From the IMG/VR virus record IMGVR_UViG_3300005512_000175, positions 1 through 33,282 of that record: 33,282 nucleotides of DNA; one strand, 5' to 3'. The notes below the pieces were generated by a model. That model was not told the DNA's origin. It was given only the letters and a program-made list of their open reading frames with translations, and ran no database searches. Of the stretch, positions 1-6,284 are shown one piece after another. The translations under genes and the position numbers were made by a program. Source of the stretch: a virus (Duplodnaviria > Caudoviricetes). How positions within the stretch are numbered: position 1 is the first letter of the stretch; each line of letters opens with the position of its first letter.

Positions 1-1
1 T

Positions 2-55
2 GGATACAAAGGGCATATTGCATCCAGAGAATACTTTGATGAATTGACACAATGA
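2..55 (+). CDS. 3' end of a gene truncated by the window edge (...GYKGHIASREYFDELTQ*)
   Basis: Open frame from base 2 to TGA 53-55, with an ATGA overlap onto the next mini-ORF. Confidence 0.5.
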   Translation, partial: GYKGHIASREYFDELTQ

Positions 56-93
56 ACAGTAAGACACTGGTAGAAAATCTGGAAGCACTCTAA

Positions 94-150
94 ACCACTT
101 CCACAACTGTCACAGCACTCCTTTACAGGGGTGCTTTTTTATTGTATAAT
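94..150 (+). repeat. Intergenic cassette copy 1: terminator hairpin plus sigma70 early promoter (PeSL-like)
   Basis: ACCACTTCCACAACTGTCAC leader; hairpin AGCACTCCT-TTAC-AGGGGTGCT followed by a T-tract; TTTACA(122-127)-17 nt-TATAAT(145-150); related copies at 871 and 1467. Confidence 0.85.
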
Positions 151-173
151 ACTCTTATAGTCAATCAGGCACC

Positions 174-584
174 ATGACCTACGAAGCAGAAGTTCAATTC
201 AAATTTGATGCCACTTACACTCATGATTATAATCGTGGGTTTGCATCTCACCTTTGTGATGAGGATTTCCTCCCTGAAGAGCATTTCCTGATCACTGCTC
301 CTGCTGCTGATCTCAATGCCAAGCAGTATTTCAGACTGTTTGAGAAGTTCATGCTCTGTGTGGGTATGGATCCTCAATCTATTCGCTCTGGTGCTATGTC
401 ATTGGTCTTCAATGATTGGGTAAGTGAAGAAGAGCAGCGTAAGGTCTGTGCTGAATATGAACTGACCATGTATGAAGATCTCCGTAAGAAGTATGAGGAG
501 TTCAAAGAAGTAGATGAAGCATGGGCAAAACTGAAGAAAGGTCCAATGGGTACAGTTGAAGATAGTGCTAATGGAGTAGTATGA
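174..584 (+). CDS. Hypothetical cyanophage protein, 136 aa
   Basis: ATG lies just downstream of the early promoter; acidic phage-like composition; stop overlaps the next ATG. Confidence 0.8.
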   Translation: MTYEAEVQFKFDATYTHDYNRGFASHLCDEDFLPEEHFLITAPAADLNAKQYFRLFEKFMLCVGMDPQSIRSGAMSLVFNDWVSEEEQRKVCAEYELTMYEDLRKKYEEFKEVDEAWAKLKKGPMGTVEDSANGVV

Positions 585-871
585 TGACTGAATACGAACA
601 AAAACTTTACGATGTAATTGCAGATTGGTGGGATGAAGTATTTTGTTGTAATCCAGCACCATTAGATCGTGATGGTGAGTATCTTGACAAGAACCCCACT
701 ATCATTGACCTTGTCAAATCTATCAGTGAGATAGATGACTGGGATAAACCAATCCGCGAAGGTGTTGACCCTTACAATCTAACTGGAAGAGACCCAACAC
801 AGTCTGTATGGAAGGATGGTAAACGTCCTTCCCCAGATTATTACGAACTGTGGAGTATCAAGGATGACTGA
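581..871 (+). CDS. Hypothetical protein, 96 aa
   Basis: GGAG SD upstream; ATGA coupling to the upstream gene; stop abuts cassette copy 2. Confidence 0.8.
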   Translation: MMTEYEQKLYDVIADWWDEVFCCNPAPLDRDGEYLDKNPTIIDLVKSISEIDDWDKPIREGVDPYNLTGRDPTQSVWKDGKRPSPDYYELWSIKDD

Positions 872-925
872 CCACTTCCACAACCGTCACAGCACTCCTT
901 CACAGGGGTGGTTTTTTTATAAATA
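871..925 (+). repeat. Intergenic cassette copy 2: terminator hairpin plus T4 late promoter TATAAATA
   Basis: Same leader and hairpin (CACTCCT-TCAC-AGGGGTG plus T-tract), but the 3' end is TATAAATA (918-925) instead of ATTGTATAAT. Confidence 0.85.
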
Positions 926-948
926 AATCTATGGAAGTTAGAAAAAAA

Positions 949-1464
949 ATGAATCCCAACGAACTCCGTAGTCTTCAAGAAGCATACTTAGAAGTTGTTG
1001 AAGGTCAGCAACTTGATGAGATGATTGACCCTAAGGGTGCTGCCCGTATGGATGCTGCAAAGAAAAAGAAAAAGGTTGATGTCTTTGCTTACGATAGAAA
1101 ACTTCAAGCACAAGGCAAACTAAAGGGCAAGAAACTTCCTCCCCCTCCAACCAATGAAGAAGTTGAATCTGAGGGATATGAGCCTATGACTAAAGAACGC
1201 CAGATGAAAGTTGATAGAGCAAAGAAAAAGGCATATGATGCTGATAAACGTGCTCAGTATAAGGGAGACTCTGCAGAAGCAGATAAGCAGTTCAAGCGTC
1301 GTATGGCCATGGATTTCCGTACCAAGATGAAGAAAGAGGAAGTATCTGTTTATGATATTGTCCTTTCACATTTACTTGATGAAGGATATGCCGAAACACC
1401 AGAAGCAGCAGAAGCAATTATGGTGAATATGAGTGAAGAGTGGAGAGATAGTATTATTGGTTGA
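949..1464 (+). CDS. Late-expressed K/E-rich cyanophage protein, possibly an internal head protein
   Basis: Follows TATAAATA; N-terminal LRSLQEAYLEV and C-terminal YDIVLSHLLDEGYAETPEAAEAIMVNMSEEW segments are typical of a multicopy cyanomyovirus family; start 949 preferred over 931. Confidence 0.75.
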   Translation: MNPNELRSLQEAYLEVVEGQQLDEMIDPKGAARMDAAKKKKKVDVFAYDRKLQAQGKLKGKKLPPPPTNEEVESEGYEPMTKERQMKVDRAKKKAYDADKRAQYKGDSAEADKQFKRRMAMDFRTKMKKEEVSVYDIVLSHLLDEGYAETPEAAEAIMVNMSEEWRDSIIG

Positions 1465-1466
1465 TA

Positions 1467-1522
1467 ACCACTTCCATAACTGCCCACCACTCCTTCACAG
1501 GGGTGGTTTTTTATTGTATAAT
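1467..1522 (+). repeat. Intergenic cassette copy 3: terminator hairpin plus sigma70 early promoter
   Basis: ACCACTTCCATAACTG leader; hairpin ACCACTCCT-TCAC-AGGGGTGGT plus T-tract; TTCACA(1494-1499)-17 nt-TATAAT(1517-1522). Confidence 0.85.
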
Positions 1523-1543
1523 AATCACATACATATCAGATCC

Positions 1544-1840
1544 ATGACTGAACAACACCCACTGACTGACAGTAAGGCACTAAGTTTGTTCTCTTTTGAA
1601 GAACTCATGGATGGGTCCCAGCCTATTACTATCGAAGACGCAATGCGAAAAGCTGCTGATTGGCAACTGGAGCAGGTGCTCAATTGGTCTTATAAGTATC
1701 TTTATCCTGACCAAGTAAATGCTTTGTCAGAAGCAATGCGTCCACAACAAAATGAAGAACAAGCACTGAAAGCACTTGACAAACTCTACCAAGAGAATGA
1801 TAATGGTATGAAGGAGTTGGCAAATGAATCAAATGACTGA
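1544..1840 (+). CDS. Hypothetical protein, 98 aa
   Basis: ATG 1544 (MTEQHPL) lies downstream of the promoter; the 1433 start in the track runs through the cassette. Confidence 0.75.
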   Translation: MTEQHPLTDSKALSLFSFEELMDGSQPITIEDAMRKAADWQLEQVLNWSYKYLYPDQVNALSEAMRPQQNEEQALKALDKLYQENDNGMKELANESND

Positions 1841-1849
1841 ATACGAACA

Positions 1850-2188
1850 ATGACTATTCCTAATTTCAAATCCCAAGACGATTGGCAAGAGTTTCTCAAC
1901 ATCTTTGATGACCAATGGCAATGTAAGCGAGCAATGCTCAATCGTGTTAAGAATGATTTGTTCCCTGAATATAAATCATGGGAGCAACTCACACCACATA
2001 CACTTGGAGTGATCAACGATATCGTATCCAATCTTGTCTATGAATGTGAGCGTCAGTTCAAAGAAACACACCAGGACTATAAGACTGATGATGATGACAT
2101 CTTCATCCCCCATCGTTCATTCAAAGAGAGTGTAACTGAAGCACTCAAAGAAGCATTGGAGAGTCATCAGAACAATGACTCACTTTGA
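1850..2188 (+). CDS. Hypothetical protein, 112 aa
   Basis: Tightly packed ORF in the operon. Confidence 0.8.
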   Translation: MTIPNFKSQDDWQEFLNIFDDQWQCKRAMLNRVKNDLFPEYKSWEQLTPHTLGVINDIVSNLVYECERQFKETHQDYKTDDDDIFIPHRSFKESVTEALKEALESHQNNDSL

Positions 2189-2498
2189 TTACATCACAAA
2201 ACATCTGCTTCGTGCTTGGGTTCAGTCCTGGACTTATAACTTCGGGTATTGGGCAGACCTAATGACCAACAACTATGAGGGATATGCTCTCTTGGAGGAG
2301 GATGATCCAGAGCAAGAGTGTTATGAATGGTTCTGGGCATCTATCAACCTGGATGACACATACCCGAAAGAGTTCCTTGAAGAATTCTATCAGAGGATGG
2401 ATGATATTGATACTGGTAAAGTGAAAACTTATCCTGCTGAGGATGTTCTCAAAAGATTGAAAGAACTTGTTGATGATATGGAGTCGGACAATGAATAA
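2175..2498 (+). CDS. Hypothetical protein, 107 aa
   Basis: Overlapping operon ORF; W/acidic-rich. Confidence 0.8.
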   Translation: MTHFDYITKHLLRAWVQSWTYNFGYWADLMTNNYEGYALLEEDDPEQECYEWFWASINLDDTYPKEFLEEFYQRMDDIDTGKVKTYPAEDVLKRLKELVDDMESDNE

Positions 2499-2706
2499 CT
2501 TTGAAATCTTTCTTTATTTCGTTTGTTTTGCCATTATTGCTGGTGGAGCCTTTGCAATGATGTGGGGTAACATTCAATCAATAAACAAAGAAATGGATAA
2601 ACCAAAACCAAAGCATCCAGAAGCACCTGATGCTGGTGATGAAGTCATGTATGTGGATCTTTCAAGAGAGAAATTAGAAGACCTTTACAACAAGGATAAG
2701 GAGTGA
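2491..2706 (+). CDS. Small membrane protein, DUF2973-like
   Basis: N-terminal hydrophobic helix (FLYFVCFAIIAGGAFAMMW) followed by a HPEAP motif; GGAG SD before ATG 2491. Confidence 0.65.
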   Translation: MNNFEIFLYFVCFAIIAGGAFAMMWGNIQSINKEMDKPKPKHPEAPDAGDEVMYVDLSREKLEDLYNKDKE

Positions 2707-2712
2707 TATACT
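2684..2712 (+). promoter_or_regulatory. Sigma70-type early promoter
   Basis: TTTACA(2684-2689)-17 nt-TATACT(2707-2712) with a TGn extended -10. Confidence 0.6.
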
Positions 2713-2737
2713 AAGAGGGTCTAAAGACCCTCTTTTT
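2713..2737 (+). terminator. Rho-independent terminator
   Basis: AAGAGGGTC-TAAA-GACCCTCTT followed by TTT. Confidence 0.8.
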
Positions 2738-3043
2738 ATGCAAGGAAATCTAGAACCAGAAGAACACGTCATGAATGAAAACATAGCAGCACACCGTAAG
2801 TCAGCAGCCGTAATGAAGACCGTATCAGTAGACCTTGCTAAAACTATTGCAGCATTGGGTTGGGAATGTTATGATGATGTTGCTGTAGAGGTCGGTGGTA
2901 CTTCTGTGTATGAGATTGATGGTGCGGGAACCAAGTGGGCACCACTTAAGGGTACAAGAAAGTACAACAAAGACGCATTCATTATCATTAAAAACAGGAG
3001 TCGCTCACCATTCGACCCTTCAAAAGCACCAGAAAATAAATAA
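2738..3043 (+). CDS. Conserved hypothetical cyanophage protein, 101 aa
   Basis: Intact ORF after the promoter/terminator. Confidence 0.8.
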   Translation: MQGNLEPEEHVMNENIAAHRKSAAVMKTVSVDLAKTIAALGWECYDDVAVEVGGTSVYEIDGAGTKWAPLKGTRKYNKDAFIIIKNRSRSPFDPSKAPENK

Positions 3044-3062
3044 CCACAATTCCTATTCTATT

Positions 3063-3308
3063 ATGAACAAAAACGTATTTGTTGTCTACACAAAGGTTGG
3101 TTGCCCTTATTGTACTAAGGCAACTAATATGTTAGCATTGGCGGAACTCCAATACGTAGAGTATAAACTTGGTAGAGATTATGAGTATTCAGAATTCTAT
3201 GAAAAGTTTGGAGAGGGTTCTACATTCCCAAGAGTTACATATAATGATGAACTTCTTGGTGGATGTCAGGAGACAGTTCGTTATTTGAAAGAAAACAATC
3301 TAGTGTAA
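3063..3308 (+). CDS. nrdC: Glutaredoxin (NrdC-like)
   Basis: CPYC active site, TFPRV cis-Pro motif and LLGG; true start ATG 3063. Confidence 0.92.
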   Translation: MNKNVFVVYTKVGCPYCTKATNMLALAELQYVEYKLGRDYEYSEFYEKFGEGSTFPRVTYNDELLGGCQETVRYLKENNLV

Positions 3309-3312
3309 ATCA

Positions 3313-3672
3313 ATGGAAGAGACATGGGAACTCATCACTGTAGTAGAAAGATCTGTTGACGATGCCTTCAAGGGTAAAATTAGATTGAATATGTATGAGT
3401 ACCTCAAAGCAGTCAAGGCAACTAAGCGTGACGCTAGAGAGTTTCTTGATAGTGAGACTGCCAAGAACATTAACCTAACGGTATATGATCTTGAGGATTA
3501 CCTTGAAGGTGGTTCTGATGATATGCATAAACAAATCCGTGAGGCATATGGTTATCTTGGCAAACCCGAAGCAAGAAAGATTAAAAACTTTCTTCAAAGT
3601 ATAATTGCAGATGCATGTCAATATGAGTATGACAAGAAACCCGGAAGAAAAAAACGAAGACCTACTAAATAA
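3313..3672 (+). CDS. Conserved hypothetical cyanophage protein, 119 aa
   Basis: Intact ORF with basic C-terminus; found after glutaredoxin in cyanomyoviruses (from recall). Confidence 0.8.
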   Translation: MEETWELITVVERSVDDAFKGKIRLNMYEYLKAVKATKRDAREFLDSETAKNINLTVYDLEDYLEGGSDDMHKQIREAYGYLGKPEARKIKNFLQSIIADACQYEYDKKPGRKKRRPTK

Positions 3673-3838
3673 TCCAGAACCCCACATAAATCGGGGCGTG
3701 GAGTTGCTGTTACGCAGCAGGAGGAAAAAACCAGATCCCCAGAAAACTTTCCAGGTAAAGTTTGGTAAAATGGTTTCTTTTCTCAAGAGAGAAATTGTTA
3801 TTCATCTAAACTTCTACTTGGATATTAGAAAAAAGTAG
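3629..3838 (+). CDS. Conserved hypothetical protein (start uncertain: 3611, 3623 or 3629)
   Basis: INRGVELLLR...FHL-type segment recalled from cyanophage ORFs; fills the gap between neighbours. Confidence 0.55.
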   Translation: MTRNPEEKNEDLLNNPEPHINRGVELLLRSRRKKPDPQKTFQVKFGKMVSFLKREIVIHLNFYLDIRKK

Positions 3839-3848
3839 GAGAGAAACG

Positions 3849-4070
3849 ATGTTAGCAGTAGCACTCACCGTTGGAACATTAATATCTGTCATGTTCTTTT
3901 TTGTTGGAGGTATGGTAGGATGGTTAGCGAAGGAGCACTTTTATAACACAGCACCTATCATCACTCACCCAGAAATGTTTGATGCAGATGGCAATGTTCT
4001 TCCCGATGAAATTTTAGCAGTACGATTTGAAAACAGTTATGACGACTACATCGAAGACGACGAAGGTTAA
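3849..4070 (+). CDS. Small membrane protein, 73 aa
   Basis: GGAG SD; N-terminal TM helix; HPEMFDADG motif. Confidence 0.8.
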   Translation: MLAVALTVGTLISVMFFFVGGMVGWLAKEHFYNTAPIITHPEMFDADGNVLPDEILAVRFENSYDDYIEDDEG

Positions 4071-4512
4071 ACTTCCACCAAATCCATTTATTCATGAAGT
4101 TCTTGAACTTGCTGGAAAGCAACGTTCTAAAGCGAAGAAAGTAGAGGTTCTTCAGGAGTATTCGTCTGATGCCTTGAAGAGTCTCTTCATTTGGAACTTT
4201 GATGACACGGTAATCTCTCTGATTCCTGAAGGGGAAGTTCCCTATAAGAAGAATGAAGTACCTGTTGGGACAGACCATACTTCTCTCCGACGTGAGTATC
4301 AACAACTCTATAACTTTGTGAAGGGGGGCAATGATAGTCTCTCTTCGCTTCGTAGAGAAACGATGTTCATTCAGATTCTTGAAGGTCTTCATCCTGAAGA
4401 GGCAGAGATTTTATGTTTGGTAAAAGACAAAGCACTACAAACAAAATATAAGATTACATATGATGTGGTGCGGGAGGCATTTCCTGATATTCAATGGGGA
4501 GGAAGATCCTAA
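4039..4512 (+). CDS. Conserved T4-like hypothetical protein (DUF6433-like)
   Basis: LRRETMFIQILEGLHPEEAEILCLVKDK motif; ATG 4039. Confidence 0.75.
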   Translation: MTTTSKTTKVKLPPNPFIHEVLELAGKQRSKAKKVEVLQEYSSDALKSLFIWNFDDTVISLIPEGEVPYKKNEVPVGTDHTSLRREYQQLYNFVKGGNDSLSSLRRETMFIQILEGLHPEEAEILCLVKDKALQTKYKITYDVVREAFPDIQWGGRS

Positions 4513-4854
4513 ATGGCAAACGAACTTGGTAATACACCATCGCCAGAGGTAAAAGAAATGGATAAGAGTTCTAATCCTGAACCAAAAGATTATGGATTGC
4601 ATATTATCCTTGAGGATGCTGAACTTGAAACCGTAAAAGATAAATCATTTCCAACCGATGCACGTATTGTGCGATATATAAAGGATGGTAAAAACTGTTT
4701 GGACCTTACCCGTGGACGTAAGGTCGTAGACATCTTTGACTTTTACTACGATAAGTATGGTTCTAATTCAGTTCAAAGTATTGACTTTGGTTATGGATCA
4801 GTCAACCCTAAGATGTGGGGTTATAAAAAACCTGAGGAGAAGAAAAGGAAATGA
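4513..4854 (+). CDS. Conserved hypothetical cyanophage protein, 113 aa
   Basis: GGAGG SD; DIFDFYYDKYG...GYGSVNPKMWG motif. Confidence 0.8.
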   Translation: MANELGNTPSPEVKEMDKSSNPEPKDYGLHIILEDAELETVKDKSFPTDARIVRYIKDGKNCLDLTRGRKVVDIFDFYYDKYGSNSVQSIDFGYGSVNPKMWGYKKPEEKKRK

Positions 4855-5033
4855 GTAAAGGATTTGATGTTGAGTTTGAAGTTCCTAAAGAACAGATTGA
4901 TATTTTATTGAAAGAATATAAAAGACTGAAAAAATACAAAAAATCAAATCTTTTTACTATTGAAAAGTTGGATGGTAAAGACACTGTCATTGACCAGTTG
5001 ACTAGAGAAGCGGAAGAAGATCCGATTGATTGA
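4851..5033 (+). CDS. Hypothetical protein, 60 aa
   Basis: ATGA-coupled operon ORF. Confidence 0.75.
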   Translation: MSKGFDVEFEVPKEQIDILLKEYKRLKKYKKSNLFTIEKLDGKDTVIDQLTREAEEDPID

Positions 5034-5359
5034 TGGGCAAACATTACATGTTGAATTTATATGGATGTCCATATGAACTACTTAATAATGAAAGATTTTT
5101 GAAGATGGCGATTTGCGAAGCAGTTTTGTCTTGTAAGGCAACTCTTGTTGATGTAATATCAAAACAATTTCATCCTCAAGGAGTAACTATTTTGGCTTTG
5201 CTTTCGGAAAGTCATATCTCTATTCACACATGGCCAGAAAAGGGAGAAGCAGCAGTTGATGTTTACACCTGTGGTGATGCCCGCCCAGAACTTGCTTGTG
5301 AGTATATTATCAAGAAGTTGGAAGCAGATAATCATTGGATGGGTTCAGTTGACCGATGA
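5033..5359 (+). CDS. speD: S-adenosylmethionine decarboxylase proenzyme (class 1b, pyruvoyl-dependent)
   Basis: MGKH start, FHPQGVT, ESHISIHTWPE self-cleavage motif and DVYTCG. Confidence 0.92.
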   Translation: MGKHYMLNLYGCPYELLNNERFLKMAICEAVLSCKATLVDVISKQFHPQGVTILALLSESHISIHTWPEKGEAAVDVYTCGDARPELACEYIIKKLEADNHWMGSVDR

Positions 5360-5532
5360 AAAAGAAATGGAATGTAGACCCAGAAGACCCCACAACCCTG
5401 CTGAGATTGGTCAGCGAGTTAGAGGGGTCTCTTTATATTTTGGAGTGTCTGGAGGGCACAGAGGAGGAGGTGGAGTCTCTTACTAAAATGAAAAGAAAGT
5501 ATTACAAAAAATATTTCCACTTGACTAAATAA
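5356..5532 (+). CDS. Hypothetical protein, 58 aa (MKKKWNVDPEDPTTLLRLVSELEG...YFHLTK), not in the ORF track
   Basis: ATGA overlap with the speD stop; open to TAA 5530-5532. Confidence 0.7.
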   Translation: MKKKWNVDPEDPTTLLRLVSELEGSLYILECLEGTEEEVESLTKMKRKYYKKYFHLTK

Positions 5533-5549
5533 ATTATGTAGTCTATAAT
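5521..5549 (+). promoter_or_regulatory. Near-consensus sigma70 promoter driving the riboswitch/DUF4278 transcript
   Basis: TTGACT(5521-5526)-17 nt-TATAAT(5544-5549); predicted TSS near 5556, the first base of the aptamer. Confidence 0.85.
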
Positions 5550-5555
5550 AGACTC

Positions 5556-5642
5556 ATCGTTCATCTCACTTCGGTGAGACGCAAGTAAGTCGCGGAACGG
5601 ATCGTTCATCTCTTCGGAGACGCAAACGACTGAAGGAACGGG
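5556..5642 (+). ncRNA. Tandem glutamine riboswitch (glnA / Downstream-peptide class), two aptamer units
   Basis: Two copies of ATCGTTCA-[TCTC(AC)-TTCG-(GT)GAGA hairpin]-CGCAA...GGAACGG (5556-5600 and 5601-5642); AAGTA/GAA E-loop signature; sits upstream of a YRGV peptide. Confidence 0.85.
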
Positions 5643-5703
5643 AAAAAACGGATCCAGCGAAAGCTGAGAAGGTTAATTTTCACCCAACTTCAGGAGACCT
5701 ACA

Positions 5704-5871
5704 ATGAATACCCTTCAAATTATCAAAAAGCAGATCGAAAAAGCTGCAGCACTTCACGACGCGCAGATTGCTCACACTACATATCGTGGTGTAGTAACTC
5801 ATCGCACAGTGATTGCACCAAAAGAAACTCATGCTAACTATTGTTATCGTGGTGTTTCTTACACTAAGTGA
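5704..5871 (+). CDS. DUF4278-family small protein, 55 aa (MNTLQIIKKQIEKAAALHDAQIAHTTYRGVVTH...YCYRGVSYTK), not in the ORF track
   Basis: AGGAG SD at 5692-5696; two YRGV motifs; this family is typically found downstream of glutamine riboswitches. Confidence 0.85.
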   Translation: MNTLQIIKKQIEKAAALHDAQIAHTTYRGVVTHRTVIAPKETHANYCYRGVSYTK

Positions 5872-5900
5872 TTGACTTACAAATTGAATACTGATACAAT
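5872..5900 (+). promoter_or_regulatory. Sigma70-type promoter
   Basis: TTGACT(5872-5877)-17 nt-TACAAT(5895-5900) with a TGn extension. Confidence 0.7.
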
Positions 5901-5923
5901 GGGAGGGTAACCTCCCATTTTTT
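5898..5923 (+). terminator. Rho-independent terminator
   Basis: AATGGGAGG-GTAA-CCTCCCATT followed by TTTT. Confidence 0.85.
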
Positions 5924-5925
5924 GT

Positions 5926-6096
5926 ATGGATAAAGAGAAACTCAAACTTATTGTAAAGAATTTAAAATCTTTAGTGGATGTTTTAGAGTCTGAAATTTAT
6001 TCTGATCCTGCTGCATATGTAGATAAGCGGGATAATTTTGATGATGAATATTATCCACTTGCCGACTATGATGAAGTATTTGAAGATGATGAATGA
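5926..6096 (+). CDS. Conserved hypothetical protein, 56 aa (MDKEKLKLIVKNLKSLVDVLESEIYSD...), not in the ORF track
   Basis: Open ATG-to-TGA frame downstream of the promoter; acidic tail. Confidence 0.75.
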   Translation: MDKEKLKLIVKNLKSLVDVLESEIYSDPAAYVDKRDNFDDEYYPLADYDEVFEDDE

Positions 6097-6107
6097 GGTA
6101 ATGAAAG

Positions 6108-6284
6108 ATGTATGAAGAACTAAATGACTTTGAAAAAGCATTGCAGCATTTTGGAACTAGAGTCGAAATCATTGCTGCGATGGAAGCATCTGGAAAATGT
6201 TCTCAGGATGATGCTTATCAAATGATAAAAAGTGAAGTAAAGGAAATGAAGAAGGTTCGTAAGGAAAGTAAAAAGGAATCATGA
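6108..6284 (+). CDS. Small helical protein, 58 aa (MYEELNDFEKALQHFGTRVEIIAAMEASGK...), resembling a cyanobacterial DUF7219-like family; not in the ORF track
   Basis: GAGG SD; ATGA overlap with thyX; F..RV..I..ME..GK.S..DAY..IK pattern. Confidence 0.7.
   Translation: MYEELNDFEKALQHFGTRVEIIAAMEASGKCSQDDAYQMIKSEVKEMKKVRKESKKES

Noticed and set aside
94-1522. Repeats considered as a CRISPR array or IS ends
   Set aside because: Spacing is gene-sized, no cas or transposase genes are present, and the repeats contain terminator and promoter signals
5256-5486. 76-aa ORF in the supplied track
   Set aside because: It overlaps speD out of frame; the ATGA-coupled 5356-5532 ORF is a better gene
5556-5642. 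Tandem repeat considered as a CRISPR mini-array or tRNA
   Set aside because: Only two units with no spacers and no cloverleaf; it matches glutamine aptamer architecture
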